A model generated the notes under the pieces. That model did no database searches, had not been told where the DNA came from, and was given only the letters and a program-made list of their open reading frames with translations. Of a stretch of 64,000 nt of DNA, positions 26,569 to 39,519 are shown piece by piece. The stretch comes from Laetmonice hystrix (Eukaryota): the NCBI GenBank assembly GCA_965235115.1, contig OZ249436.1:496001-560000 (forward strand), in the 5' to 3' direction. Within the stretch, counting starts at the first letter, position 1, and the number at the start of each line of letters is the position of its first letter. The position numbers and the translations under genes were made by a program.

Positions 26569-27019
26569 ATGAAAGCCACAGAACCGGGTAGTATATCGAT
26601 ATATTTGTAGATGGAGGTCTCCACGACGGACTTTCTGTGGCCTTATTTTACCTGTCGCTGCTACACGTACCCGCCACCCCCTGCCCGGACGCCCCCACCC
26701 CCTGCCCGGACGCCCCCTCCCCGGACGCCCCCACCCCCTCCCCGACCGCCCCCTCCCTGGACGCGGATACATGATGAGTGGTCCTTTGATTAGTGACCGT
26801 TTATAGCAGAGATCAAATCCCCGTGCGCTTGGTGTTATTACAGTCCGTGACGTGTTGTAAGCGCTGCCTTCTGTACCCGCCAGTAACGTCAGCATTGATC
26901 TCTGTCACTGCAACTCTGGGTGGAGAGGGCAAAATACACAGAGCAAAAATATATAAACAACATTCAAATAACTTTTATCACTGTTGTATCTCTTTGACAT
27001 TGTACAACTGCATCTAAAT

Positions 27020-30000
27020 TGGCTACACCTAGTGTACCAGGTATATGTACCCCCCATCAACCTGTGGCTACACGTAGTGTACCCAGATATATGTACCCCC
27101 CCCCCCCATCAACCTGTGGCTACACGTAGTGTACCCAGGTACATGTACCCCCCCCCCCCATCAACCTGTGGCTACACGTAGTGTACCCAGGTACATGTAC
27201 CCCCCCCCATCAACCTGTGGCTACACGTAGTGTGCCCAGATATATGTACCCCCCCATCAACCTGTGGCTACACGTAGTGTACCCAGGTACATGTACCCCC
27301 CCCATCAACCTGTGGCTACACGTAGTGTACCCAGATATATGTACCCCCCCATCAACCTGTGGCTACTCGTAGTGTACCCAGGTATATGTACCCCCCCCCA
27401 TCCACCTGTGGCTACTCGTAGTGTACCCAGGTATATGTACCCCCCCCCATCAACCTGTGGCTACACGTAGTGTACCCAGATATATGTACCCCCCATCAAC
27501 CTGTGGCTACACGTAGTGTACCCAGGTATATGTACCCCCCCCCCCATCAACCTGTGGCTACTCGTAGTGTACCCAGGTATATGTACCCCCCCCCATCAAC
27601 CTGTGGCTACTCGTAGTGTACCCAGGTATATGTACCCCCCCCCCATCAACCTGTGGCTACTCGTAGTGTACCCAGGTATATGTACCCCCCCCTTCAACCT
27701 GTGGCTACTCGTAGTGTACCCAGGTATATGTACCCCCCCCCCATCAACCTGTGGCTACTCGTAGTGTACCCAGGTATATGTACCCCCCCCCCATCAACCT
27801 GTGGCTACACGTAGTGTACCCAGGTATATGTACCCCCCCCCCCCCATCAACCTGTGGCTACTCGTAGTGTACCCAGGTATATGTACCCCCCCCATCAACC
27901 TGTGGCTACTCGTAGTGTACCAGGTATATGTACCCCCCCCATCAACCTGTGGCTAGTCGTAGTGTACCCAGGTATATGTACCACCCCCTCATCAACCTGT
28001 GGCTACTCGTAGTGTACCCAGGTATATGTACCACCCACCCCCCCCCCCCCCATCAACCTGTGGCTACTCGTAGTGTACCAGGTATATGTACCCCCCCCCC
28101 TCATCAACCTGTGGCTACTCGTAGTGTACCCAGGTATATGTACCCCCCCCCATCAACCTGTGGCTACTCGTAGTGTACCAGGTATATGTACCCCCCACCC
28201 CCATCAACCTGTGGCTACTCGTAGTGTACCCAGATATATGTAGCCCCCCCCCCATCAACCTGTGGCTACTCGTAGTGTACCCAGATATATGTACCCCCCC
28301 CCATCAACATGTGGCTACACGTAGTGTACCCAGGTATATGTACCCCCCCCCCTCATCAACCTGTGGCTACTCGTAGTGTACCCAGGTACATGTATCCCCC
28401 CCATCAACCTGTGGCTACTCGTAGTGTACCCAGGTATATGTACCCCCCCCCCCCCATCAACCTGTGGCTACTCGTAGTGTACCCAGATATATGTACCCCC
28501 CCCCCCATCAACATGTGGCTACACGTAGTGTACCCAGGTATATGTACCCCCCCCCCTCATCAACCTGTGGCTACTCGTAGTGTACCCAGGTACATGTATC
28601 CCGCCCCCCCCCCATCAACCTGTGGCTACTCGTAGTGTACCCAGGTATATGTACCCCCCCATCAACCTGTGGCTACACGTAGTGTACCCAGGTACATGTA
28701 ACCCCCCCATCAACCTGTGGCTACTCGTAGTGTACCCAGGTATATGTACCCCCCCCCCATCAACCTGTGGCTACACGTAGTGTACCCAGGTACATGTACC
28801 CCCCCCCATCAACCTGTGGCTACACGTAGTGTACCCAGGTACATGTACCCCCCACCCCGTCCCATCAACCTGTGGCTACACGTAGTGTACCCAGATATAT
28901 GTACCCCCCCCCCCCCATCAACCTGTGGCTACACGTAGTGTACCCAGGTACATGTACCCCCCCCCCAATCAACCTGTGGCTACACGTAGTGTACCCAGGT
29001 ACATGTACCCCCCATCAACCTGTGGCTACACGTAGTGTACCCAGGTACATGTACCCCCCCCCCCCATCAACCTGTGGCTACACGTAGTGTACCCAGGTAT
29101 ATGTACCCCCCCCCCCATCAACCTGTGGCTACTCGTAGTGTACCCAGGTATATGTACCCCCCCCCCATCAACCTGTGGCTACACGTAGTGTACCCAGATA
29201 TATGTACCCCCCCTCATCAACCTGTAGCTACACGTAGTGTACCCAGGTATATGTACCCCCCCCCCCATCAACCTTTGGCTACTCGTAGTGTACCCAGGTA
29301 TATGTACCACCCCCCCCCCCCATCAACCTGTGGCTACTCGTAGTGTACCCAGGTATATGTACCCCCCCCCCATCAACCTGTGGCTACACGTAGTGTACCA
29401 GGTATATGTACCCCCCCCCCTCATCAACCTGTGGCTACTCGTAGTGTACCCAGGTACATGTACCCCCCCATCAACCTGTGGCTACTCGTAGTGTACCAGG
29501 TATATGTACCCCCCCCCCCATGAACCTGTGGCTACTCGTAGTGTACCCAGGTATATGTACCCCCCCCCCCATCAACCTGTGGCTACTCGTAGTGTACCCA
29601 GGTACATGTACCCCCACCCCCCCCATCAACCTGTGGCTACACGTAGTGTACCCAGGTACATTTACCCCCCCCCCCCCCCATCAACCTGTGGCTACACGTA
29701 GTGTACCAGGTATAGGTACACCCCCCCATCAACCTGTGGCTACTCGTAGTGTACCCAGGTACATGTACCCCCCCCCCATCAACCTGTGGCTACTCGTAGT
29801 GTACCCAGGTACATGTACCCCCCCCCCCCCCATCAACCTGTGGCTACACGTAGTGTACCAGGTATATGTACCCCCCCATCAACCCGTGGCTACTCGTAGT
29901 GTACCCAGGTATATGTACCCCCCCCCCCCATCAACCTGTGGCTACTCGTAGTGTACCCAGGTATATGTACCCCCCCCCCATCAACCTGTGGCTACTCGTA

Positions 30001-30538
30001 GTGTACCCAGGTATATGTACCCCCCCCCCCCCATCAACCTGTGGCTACTCGTAGTGTACCCAGGTATATGTACCCCCCCCCTCATCAACCTGTGGCTACT
30101 CGTAGTGTACCCAGGTACATGTACCCCCCCCCCCCCATCAACCTGTGGCTACACGTAGTGTACCAGGTATATGTACCCCCCCCCCCCCCATCAACCTGTG
30201 GCTACTCGTAGTGTACCCAGGTATATGTACCCCCCCCCATCAACCTGTGGCTACACGTAGTGTACCCAGGTACATGTACCCCCCCCCCCCATCAACCTGT
30301 GGCTACACCTAGTGTACCCAGGTATATGTACCCCCCCCCATCAACCTGTGGCTACACGTAGTGTACCCAGGTATATGTACCCCCCCCCCCATCAACCTGT
30401 GGCTACACGTAGTGTACCCAGGTATATGTACCCCCCACCCCACCCCACCCCCCATCAACCTGTGGCTACTCGTAGTGTACCCAGGTATATGTACCCCCCA
30501 CCCCATCAACCTGTGGCTACTCGTAGTGTACCCAGGTA
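27020..30538. repeat. ~48-52-bp minisatellite with variable poly-C tract, ~70 copies
   Basis: Unit ATCAACCTGTGGCTAC(A/T)CGTAGTGTACCCAGGTA(T/C)ATGTA(C)n. Confidence 0.99.
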
Positions 30539-31081
30539 CTAAGTGGTAATTCCGAGATCACCACAATTTTTTTCTCTGAACGCGATTAACTCGTAATAAT
30601 GACTTAGTGACGTCATTAAGTCGTAATAACGAGTTCATGACGTCACTAAGTGGTAATTTCGAAATCACCAAAATTTGTAGTGATCTCGAAATTAAGGTTA
30701 AGATCCAAGGTATCGTCCCATTTTACCGCATTCGCCTCTCGTTGTGTCTCTATTAATATATCTGAAATAAAAAAGAGTAAGTCTTGTAAATTGTAACTAC
30801 TCTAATGTCTGTGGCGGATGGGGGTTGAATACGAGCCGCTTTTTTCTTTTTCTTTCTTTCTTTTTTTCTTCTTTTTGTCATTTATGGGAGATCACTAGCA
30901 AAAAAGCCATGTGAAAATGATCACTTTTGACATTTTATTTGATACCTCATTTTGTGCTCCACAGCTGCAACTGCCCAAGACCATACAGGAATGGAGGATT
31001 TAAATTTATTGTGGGTGAAAATGAAGAAACGCCCCATGACATTTAGAATGAGGATGTGTTTAAAGATATCTATTGTTCCAG

Positions 31082-31252
31082 GTTGTACCGCCCTACATCT
31101 TGCCGCTGCTAACGGTTACCGCGAAACTGCTCAATTTCTGATAGAAAAAGGTCACGCCAACATGAACCATACGACAAACAAAGGTCAAACTCCTCGCTAC
31201 ATGGCCAAGTCACGAGGTCAGATGCACATGGTTGCCTTCTTCAACGACATGG
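31082..31252 (+). CDS. Ankyrin-repeat protein, coding exon 4 (GCTALHLAAANGYRETAQFLIEKGHANMNHTTNKGQTPRYMAKSRGQMHMVAFFNDM)
   Basis: Ankyrin motifs GCTALHLAA..NG and GQTP; acceptor TTGTTCCAG, donor G|GTAGGT; phase 1 matches exon 3. Confidence 0.93.
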
Positions 31253-31282
31253 GTAGGTATACAGCTAGGGGGGGGGGGGGTG

Positions 31283-31997
31283 CAGGGGCGGATCCAGGAT
31301 TTTCCCTTAGGGGGCCCTACCGGGACGGGGTTAGCCTATATTTGGCAAAGCCATGAAACTGCACATAGGACATTTGGGGGATGGGGGGGGGATTACCCTG
31401 AAGCTGAGACCTGTGAAGTACTAAAATAAATTGAAAATAATTAAAGGGGCATATTATGAGGAAACGTTAAAAAACGGTATTTCATAGAACTTTTGCTGTT
31501 TTCATAAAGGGATCCTTCATTAAAATTGCTTGGTAAACAAAGACAGACTTATCAGTTTCATTTTGCGTGAGAAATCGAAGTTTATTAAGCTCCCTTGCCC
31601 GCTTCTCTGCTGATTTCGTAAAATATTTTTTGGGTGGCATTCTGATGCCGGGCGATCGAGTGCCACTGCTGAATTGTTTACAACTAAGCAAAGCACGTGA
31701 CTAAGCACATGCAGAGAGTGCACACACAGGATGTGACACAGTATGCAATTACACGGGTTGATGGGAGGTTGTCCGCCAAATTATGGCGGGAGATGTGCTA
31801 TCGGGAGAAATCTATAGGTTTGGTCGTATAGAACCCACTTGTGCTGCATACGCAGCGAAAACACGTCGGAGGACAAAATGCTGTGGTAGGATTATTTACT
31901 TGGATCCCTAGTACACGGTCATGTTGGATAATTGCCGGAAATTAATTTTGTCCAAAATTTAGGTGGGCGGGCATCGCCCCCCCTAAATCCGCCTCTG
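31283..31997. mobile_element. Non-autonomous TIR DNA element (MITE-like), ~715 bp
   Basis: Left CAGGGGCGGATCCAGG, right CCTAAATCCGCCTCTG (imperfect inverted repeat); flanks GGGTG/GTGTG resemble a degenerate 5-bp TSD. Confidence 0.7.
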
Positions 31998-32028
31998 GTG
32001 TGTGTGCTTGGGTATAGGGATCTGGATG

Positions 32029-32215
32029 ACTGCCCCCTGCCCCTCCACGTGCTAGGTACTGCCCCCTGCCCCTCCACGTGCTAGGTACTGCCCCCTGCCC
32101 CTCCACGTGCTAGGTACTGCCCCCTGCCCCTCCACGTGCTAGGTACTGCCCCCTGCCCCTCCACCCCGTGCTAGGTACTGCCCCCTGCCCCTCCACGTGC
32201 TAGGTTTTCTGCCCT
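32029..32215. repeat. 29-bp minisatellite, ~6 copies
   Basis: Unit ACTGCCCCCTGCCCCTCCACGTGCTAGGT. Confidence 0.95.
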
Positions 32216-32218
32216 GAT

Positions 32219-32384
32219 CAGGGCCGTGCCCAGCGATTGGTGCAGGGGGGGTTACTGGTGCAGGTGAGGGGGTTACAGTGGACAGATCCAATTGTTAGGA
32301 CCTAAAAAAAACTAAAAATAAAAAAATCTTTGGCACCCAGGGGGGGTTACAGACACCCCCCCCCCCCCCCCGGGCACGGCCCTG
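32219..32384. mobile_element. Small MITE with 13-bp TIR and 5-bp TSD
   Basis: CTGAT|CAGGGCCGTGCCC ... GGGCACGGCCCTG|CTGAT. Confidence 0.85.
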
Positions 32385-32479
32385 CTGATTACTTTTTAGT
32401 TATACATCTAAATCCACACGTGTCGGCCTTTACTTCGCCAGGAGCTAATATTGACATTTATACTGGTCTGTATTTTTAG

Positions 32480-32511
32480 AAAACAAGTTAACCAATAAGT
32501 GGCTCGCCTAG
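32480..32511 (+). CDS. Ankyrin-repeat protein, probable terminal coding exon 5 (ENKLTNKWLA*)
   Basis: Acceptor TGTATTTTTAG at 32479, phase 1 matches exon 4, TAG at 32509-32511; total CDS 444 nt = 147 aa. No motif support, so less certain. Confidence 0.6.
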
Positions 32512-32760
32512 TGCGGTTGGCATGGCGACCATCAGAAGACTGTAACTCGTGGCGTTTGGACATGTCGACAAGGCACACCTACGTACGTACGAGGACGCTG
32601 ATGACGTCAGAGATGCTCAGGTGAGCGTCTCAGCGGATGGATACATGTCGTCGGTGGACGCCCGGGACTTCAAAGACCTCCTTCAAGCCGTGCTAGCGGC
32701 GGGTTGACACCAGAACGCCACTCTTTCTTCCGCCCGCCTGGTGCTAAATCTAGACATGCC

Positions 32761-33244
32761 AACATCCTTACAAAAGCTGCTAGTGGTGGATCCAGCCAAT
32801 AACATCCTTACAAAAGCTGCCAGTGGTGGATCCAGCCAATAACGTACATCCTTACAAAAGCTGCCAGTGGTGGATCCAGCCAATAACATCCTTACAAAAG
32901 CTGCCAGTGGTGGATCCAGCCAATAACATCCTTACAAAAGCTGCCAGTGGTGGATCCAGCCAATAACATCCTTACAAAAGCTGCCAGTGGTGGATTCAGC
33001 CAATAACATCCTTACAAAAGCTGTCAGTGGTGGATCCAGCCAATAACATCCTTACAAAAGCTGCCAGTGGTGGATCCAGCCAATAACATCCTTACAAAAG
33101 CTGCCAGTGGTGGATCCAGCCAATAACATCCTTACAAAAGCTGCCAGTGGTGGATCCAGCCAATAACATCCTTACAAAAGCTGTCAGTGGTGGATCCAGC
33201 CAATAACATCCTTACAAAAGCTGCCAGTGGTGGATCCAGCCAAT
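32761..33244. repeat. 40-bp minisatellite, ~12 copies, unit spans a MITE junction
   Basis: Unit AACATCCTTACAAAAGCTGCCAGTGGTGGATCCAGCCAAT. Confidence 0.97.
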
Positions 33245-33341
33245 TTTTCTTTTTTTCTCCATTGACCATGCTTAACCAACCCCCCCCCCCCCCCCCTCCA
33301 AGCAAATTTCCCCCCTTACCAAAATCGTGGATCCGCCGCTG
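33225..33341. mobile_element. Small MITE with 14-bp TIR and 5-bp TSD
   Basis: GCTGC|CAGTGGTGGATCCA ... TGGATCCGCCGCTG|GCTGC. Confidence 0.8.
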
Positions 33342-33726
33342 GCTGCATATGCCTACCTATTACTCACATTAGAGCCGTTTTGCCTTGCGTAAATAACAGG
33401 ATGTTTTCATTATCGAATGCTGTTTACTTATTAATGTGAATAATTGAGAATGGATCGGGAGATTTGTGTCAGGCGGAGGATGTTCAGATTGGCCATCAAT
33501 GACATGTGGTGCTGTGGTGCTGAAATATCAATTCTATGGGACAAATCACTCCACTCTCTTATGCAAGGGGTCATACGAGAAAGGGGCAAATGTAGATTTG
33601 CCCCATTTTTAATGATTTACGTCACTTCATTTTCAATGTTTTATGCTGCCCTCCTATCTGCCATTTAACCTTTCTTTCTTTTTGGGCTTCTTCTTTCGGT
33701 GAAATTATATGGCAAAATATTGCATT

Positions 33727-33985
33727 ATATCTGTTCCCTAGCCTATTCCCATATCTGTTCCCTAGCCTATTCCCATATCTGTTCCCTAGCCTATATCTGT
33801 TCCCTAGCCTATATCTGTTCCCTAGCCTATTCCCATATCTGTTCCCTAGCCTATTCCCATATCTGTTCCCTAGCCTATTCCCATATCTGTTCCCTAGCCT
33901 ATTCCCATATCTGTTCCCTAGCCTATTCCCATATCTGTTCCCTAGCCTATTCCTATATCTGTTCCCTAGCCTATTCCCATATCTA
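33727..33985. repeat. 24/18-bp minisatellite, ~11 copies
   Basis: Unit ATATCTGTTCCCTAGCCTATTCCC. Confidence 0.95.
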
Positions 33986-34384
33986 TTCGGACAAGTTGAA
34001 TTCACAGGTGTCGAGTATATCTGTAGAACAGTTTTTATTAACTTTATGTATACATTAGTCCATGAAGCGCCCGTGGACACAATTTGTTGATCCCTATATC
34101 TCATATTATTATACAAGTAGATGCTAATTTCGTCGGATTTCCTGGTAACAAAAATAAATATCAACACGTGGGCAAACAATAATCGCTATCCGTGCAAGGG
34201 TGTAAAACTAACTGATCGATTAAACACTTTCAAAAACTAACAATGTCTGTAACTATCAAATCTCTGATAGTCACAGCCATTCGGTATAACTGTAATAACA
34301 ACCAACTCTCTGAGACTCATTATGTAAATTCCTGATTACATGGTGAGGCACGACGGTCTCCACATGGTATGATTATAGGCATTC

Positions 34385-35438
34385 ACACCAACCTTTGGTG
34401 TGATTACAATACCAGCAATCACACCAACCTTTGGTGTGATTACAATACGATCACTCATACCAACCTTTGGTATGATTATAATACCATCACTCATACCAAC
34501 CTTTGGTGTGATTACAATACCATCCATCATACCAACCTTTGGTATGATTATAATACCATCAATCATACCAACCTTTGGTGTGATTACAATACCAGCAATC
34601 ATTCACACTGGTTGACCTTGGCGTGATTACAATTAATACCAGCAATCATACCAACCTTTGGTGTGATTACAATACCATCAATCATACCAACCTTTGGTGT
34701 GATTACAATACCATCACTCATACCAACCTTTTGTGTGATTACAATACCATCACTCATACCAACCTTTGGTGTGATTACAATACCATCAATCATACCAACC
34801 TTTGGTGTGATTACAATACCATCACTCATACCAACCTTTTGTGTGATTACAATACCATCACTCATACCAACCTTTGGTGTGATTACAATACCATCACTCA
34901 TACCAACCTTTTGTGTGATTACAATACCATCAATTATACCAACCTTTGGTATGATTAATACCCTCAATCAAGCAATCTTTGGTGTGATTACAATACCAGC
35001 AATCATACCAACCTTTGGTGTGATTACAATACCATCAATCATACCAACCTTTGGTGTGATTACAATACCATCAATCATACCAACCTTTGGTGTGATTACA
35101 ATACCAGCAATCATACCAACCTTTGGTGTGATTACAGTACCTTTGGTGTGATTCAATACCAGCAATCATTCACACCAACTTTTGGTGTGATTACAATACC
35201 AGCAATCACTCACCTTTGGTGTGATTACAATACCAGCAATCACTCACCTTTGGTGTGATTACAATGCCAGCAATCATTCACACCAACCTTTGGTGTGATT
35301 ACAATACCAGCAATCACTCACCTTTGGTGTGATTACAATACCAGCAATCACTCACCTTTGGTGTGATTACAATACCAGCAGTCACTCATACCAACATTTG
35401 GTGTGATTACTGTACCATCAATCATACCAATCTTTGGT
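34385..35438. repeat. 36-bp minisatellite, ~28 copies
   Basis: Unit ATACCAACCTTTGGTGTGATTACAATACCATCAATC. Confidence 0.96.
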
Positions 35439-35586
35439 AAAGCTTGTCAATCTTGCATCCCCAAAACACCTCCTTCAAATATGCTTACAAACATCAACTT
35501 CAACTCGATCTCTCGTTAAACATCATGTCAAACATGAGTCCTCCCATGGCAACTTTAACATTTAATTTTGTTAAACACTTTTCTGG

Positions 35587-36228
35587 CATTACTATAAAAC
35601 TAATGACCTCATGACAAGGTCATGAAACCGTTGATCTAATATTACATAAAGAATGTAATAGGTGTTGGTTATATCACAGTCAGCAACACTTACTGGTAAA
35701 TCTTTCTTTACTATCATTACTATAAAACTAATGACTTCATGGCAAGGTCATGAAACCGTTGATCTAATATTACATAAAGAATGTAATAGGTGTTGGTTAT
35801 ATCACAGTCAGCAACACTTACTGGTAAATCTTTCTTTACTATACTACATTACTATAAAACTAATGACTTCATGGCAAGGTCATGAAACCGTTGATCTAAT
35901 ATTACATAAAGAATGTAATAGGTGTTGGTTATATCACAGTCAGCAAAACTTACTGGTAAATCTTTCTTTACTATACTACATTACTATAAAACTAATGACT
36001 TCATGACAAGGTCATGAAACCGTTGATCTAATATTACATAAAGAATGTAATAGGTGTTGGTTATATCACAGTCAGCAACACTTACTGGTAAATCTTTTTT
36101 TACTATACTACATTACTATAAAACTAATGACTTCATGACAAGGTCATGAAACCGTTGATCTAATATTACATAAAGAATGTAATAGGTGTTGGTTATATCA
36201 CAGTCAGCAACACTTACTGGTAAATCTT
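35587..36228. repeat. 132-bp tandem repeat, ~5 copies
   Basis: CATTACTATAAAACTAATGAC starts at 35587, 35715, 35847, 35979, 36111. Confidence 0.96.
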
Positions 36229-36267
36229 TATTTATCACCTTCCACTAGTTCTTCCTGAAGTGGAACG

Positions 36268-36461
36268 ATACAATATCACTGCCTGGACGGTATGTATACA
36301 ATATCACTGCCTGGTCGGTATGTATACAATATCACTGCCTGGTCGGTATGTATACAATATCACTGCCTGGTCGGTATGTATACAATATCACTGCCTGGTC
36401 GGTATGTATACAATATCACTGCCTGGTCGGTATGTATACAATATCACTGCCTGGTCGGTAT
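36268..36461. repeat. 28-bp minisatellite, ~7 copies
   Basis: Unit ATACAATATCACTGCCTGGTCGGTATGT. Confidence 0.95.
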
Positions 36462-36480
36462 TATTAACAACCTGACCAGG

Positions 36481-37006
36481 ACCAAGGTCAAATCAACCAG
36501 TGGTTCCCGGGTGACCATCTCCAATTTTTTTCTTATTTGGCATGTAGTTAGATCTATATATCTGAAGTACATTTCTGAAATTTTTCTTTCAAATTCCCAA
36601 CGGTTCCCTTGTTATACCCCCATGAGTTTGGGTGGGGGTAGCCCTGAAAAAAAACACGCTTCTTTTTCGGAGCCGTTTTTAGAGGCCTGCCTTTCAGAAA
36701 TTATAAGAGCTGGCAACTTGTATTTTTCCCCACTGAAACTTCAATATGTAGAGACCAGGAAAAAGCAATAACATTTATTTTACTTCTTTGCGTATTCCTT
36801 GGAGCACCATGCCCCCCAAAATAGAAAAAAAAACACATCGGAGAAAAAAAAATTCAATATTCAAACATTTTTCATTCAAAGGTTCCTTCTTGTAACTTCT
36901 TGATCTTTGGGGATTTGATTTATGGGTATATGAGGTGCATGCAGACACCAAAATAATCTTCTAAAAATAGACACAGGTGGCGCCACTAGTGGCCATTTGG
37001 CCATGT
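36481..37006. mobile_element. Possible non-autonomous DNA element with 8-bp TSD
   Basis: TGACCAGG at 36473-36480 and 37007-37014; ends are loosely inverted (CAAGGTCAAAT..CAGTGG vs CATGGCCAAAT..TAGTGG). Confidence 0.45.
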
Positions 37007-37281
37007 TGACCAGGTGGAAGAGCATTGTGATATTTTTTTCTTGATAGTGCACATTTTTGCCAATAAAGAAAACTAAGTCCCTAATCCCTTCCATACTTCC
37101 TTCCCTGTCAAATAATTTTTCAAATAATATCCATTTTGGTAAAGTTCATGCTGTGACGAGATACGAGGTACATTATTTTTATATCATAAAATTTTTATTA
37201 TTTGCCACAGAATTCTTGAAAGTGGTAAATAGCCTAAACTTCCTATCCCTATCTTTAAATATTTGTTATGGAGATTTTTAT

Positions 37282-37441
37282 GTACAACAATGTATACAGT
37301 AATGATACTTATAAGATAGAACAAATGTTCTGGTACAACAATGTATACAGTAATGATATTTATAAGATAGAACAAATGTTCTGGTACAACAATGTATACA
37401 GTAATGATATTTATAAGATAGAACAAATGTTCTGGTACAAT
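37282..37441. repeat. 51-bp tandem repeat, 3 copies, downstream of the ADPRM stop
   Basis: GTACAACAATGTATACAGTAATGATA.TTATAAGATAGAACAAATGTTCTG. Confidence 0.93.
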
Positions 37442-37747
37442 TTAATAGAAACCAAAGATTTTGCCCAGCAGACTTTGGTAACGGTGTGTGTCATGTTTCT
37501 TCAATATCTGGGACAACCCTCTGAGAATGAATGGTACGTAAAACGGACATGAAGATTATTCTGTGTCCATTTATAGTGACATTTCTCTCTACTGAACATT
37601 TATGTCTAAGTCCTACTAAGTTCTCGTATCTTTAGTTACAGCAAAGGATAAAAAAAACTCAAGTGGCACCACATGCTGGCCAGTCTAGTAAAACATAGAG
37701 AAATAAATCTTTGGTCAGGTAAAGGATGAACAATGATATCTTTGGTA

Positions 37748-38055
37748 TTAAAATTGAGGCAGCTTCATAATAACCTTCTCTAACACATCAACTTTACTGC
37801 CAATGTTTCTCACTTCAATGTGGTCTCTGTAAACATGAGCCGTAGCATGAGACTTGGTGCCCTCTGGTGCTTCAACGACAGCTCTCATAGTAACATGGTG
37901 GACGCCATGATCATCAATGGCATACCCACCGTCATGGTCGTGTCCGGAGATATATGCAACGACACAACTGTACTTGTTTATCACAGACAGAATGTCAGGG
38001 TAGTTCCACATGAGGCACAGGCGACACGTACTGGGTTCATACAGAGGCTGGTGAC
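37748..38055 (-). CDS. ADPRM: Mn-dependent ADP-ribose/CDP-alcohol diphosphatase, last coding exon
   Basis: Minus-strand acceptor TTGTTTTTTAG; encodes GHQPLY..LMWNY..AYISGHDHDGGY..VEAP, the metallophosphoesterase H and GHxH motifs; stop ends at 37748. Confidence 0.93.
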
Positions 38056-38298
38056 CTAAAAAACAATTCGGTTTACATTATTGTCAAAATCTTTGACTCT
38101 GCATGGATTCCACGCTATCAGCTTTCCCAAATTCCCAGACTTTTTCCATGACCATAATACTATACATGATAATTTATGGTAATATATCCTATTGATTATC
38201 TAATATATTATTCTCAATGGAGGTCACACATGCTGCCAATGGTCATATTGATAGTAATATTAATAAATGATAATTAAACTGTCAAAGAAACCACTCAC

Positions 38299-39001
38299 CC
38301 ATAATGATGACCCATTCTCCTGCGTTCTGTGCCTTCATTAAAACATCGTCTAACCAGGCCAGCTGGAGCTGGCTTACAGCTCCGTTAAACATGACGTAAC
38401 GGGTATCAACACCTTCGATACCGTCAGGGGAATTCAGGTCCCGGTCCGCCTTCACAGACCGCAACAACTTCTCTGCCTGCCTGTATATAGGACTGTCTTC
38501 TGGATATCCTAGCAGGGAGAATTCATATGTGTCCAGCACAATGAAACGGGATCCTGGAAAGGGGGAGAAATCGTAGTAAGCCTTTACTTTCACAGGCGAT
38601 GAATTCAGCTCGCTCTTTAAGAGGAACTCACGACTGAAGTTGTAGTACTCATGATTGCCCCATGTATGGTGGGCTCCAGCCTGACCTTTGAACTTTCTGA
38701 AGGCATCAAGGCACTGATCCAATGCCTTCTCACTGTTCTTAGTCTTGGAGTTGAAGCCATCAATGAGGTCACCCAGTTGAAGCACAAAACTCACAGGGTG
38801 TTTAGTTTTATTCCATTCATCAATGGCTGCAGACAGTTTCCGCAAGGAATCCCTGTAGTACCTCCATGAGGTTTTCTCAAAGTTTTGTTTGTTCTCGAGG
38901 TCGGCGTACTGGATGTCAGCGATGAGACCAAAGGAGAACAAGGGCCGGGCAGGACTTTGAATGGTGCCAGTGTCAGCCTCACTGTCATCTTGGAGGTTCA
39001 T
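38299..39001 (-). CDS. ADPRM: Mn-dependent ADP-ribose/CDP-alcohol diphosphatase, first coding exon
   Basis: ATG 39001 just after acceptor TTTTACAG (exon starts 39006); motifs LFSFGLIADIQYAD, RYYRDSL, LQLGDLIDG, GNHE, FNGAVS..QL.WL; donor G|GTGAGT at 38298, phase 1. Joined CDS 1011 nt = 336 aa. Assignment from remembered family motifs, not a search. Confidence 0.93.
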
Positions 39002-39519
39002 CGTGCCTGTAAAATAATATCTGTCAATAACGGCAAAGAATATACAAAAATAATAAAAAAAAAAATTGAAAATTATCTGTTCAAACCTGAAGTTCGAAAA
39101 CACATATTCTTGAAGCCTGAATAAAACCTTCACAGGTCTACGCCCAATTTAAACGATTTATTATATCCTCTCCTGTAATATATATCCTGTAAACTGTGAG
39201 TCATTCACTCAAAATGTGGCTATGACTTCATCACAATCACAACAGTCAACAGTTGCCAGAGGAGTGCGCCACGCGAGGAGTGCGCCACTCGTTCTGCGCC
39301 ACGTTGACTCTGCCAGGCCACCGCGGCCCCTCCCCGGACCCTGTGTCCGTTAACGTGGGGCAAACCGTCCACACCGCTGACCCTCTCAGTGCACCGCTGT
39401 CCGCCGGGCTGCCACTCAGTCGGCGGCCGAGGTGGTGATGATGGTGTGTGTGTGCCGAGTGTGCTGTAGGGACCGTAGTAGGATACCGTACCAGGGGTCT
39501 GTCTGGATGGTCCGGGCCA

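Noticed and set aside
32545..32708. Protein-looking frame downstream of the ankyrin stop (VAFGHVDK..LAAG*)
   Set aside because: Preceded by an in-frame TAA with no suitable acceptor; treated as 3' UTR.
39002..39133. N-terminal extension of the 283-aa ADPRM ORF in the track
   Set aside because: Lies almost entirely upstream of the acceptor at 39007 in AT-rich intron sequence; the ATG at 39001 gives a family-typical length.
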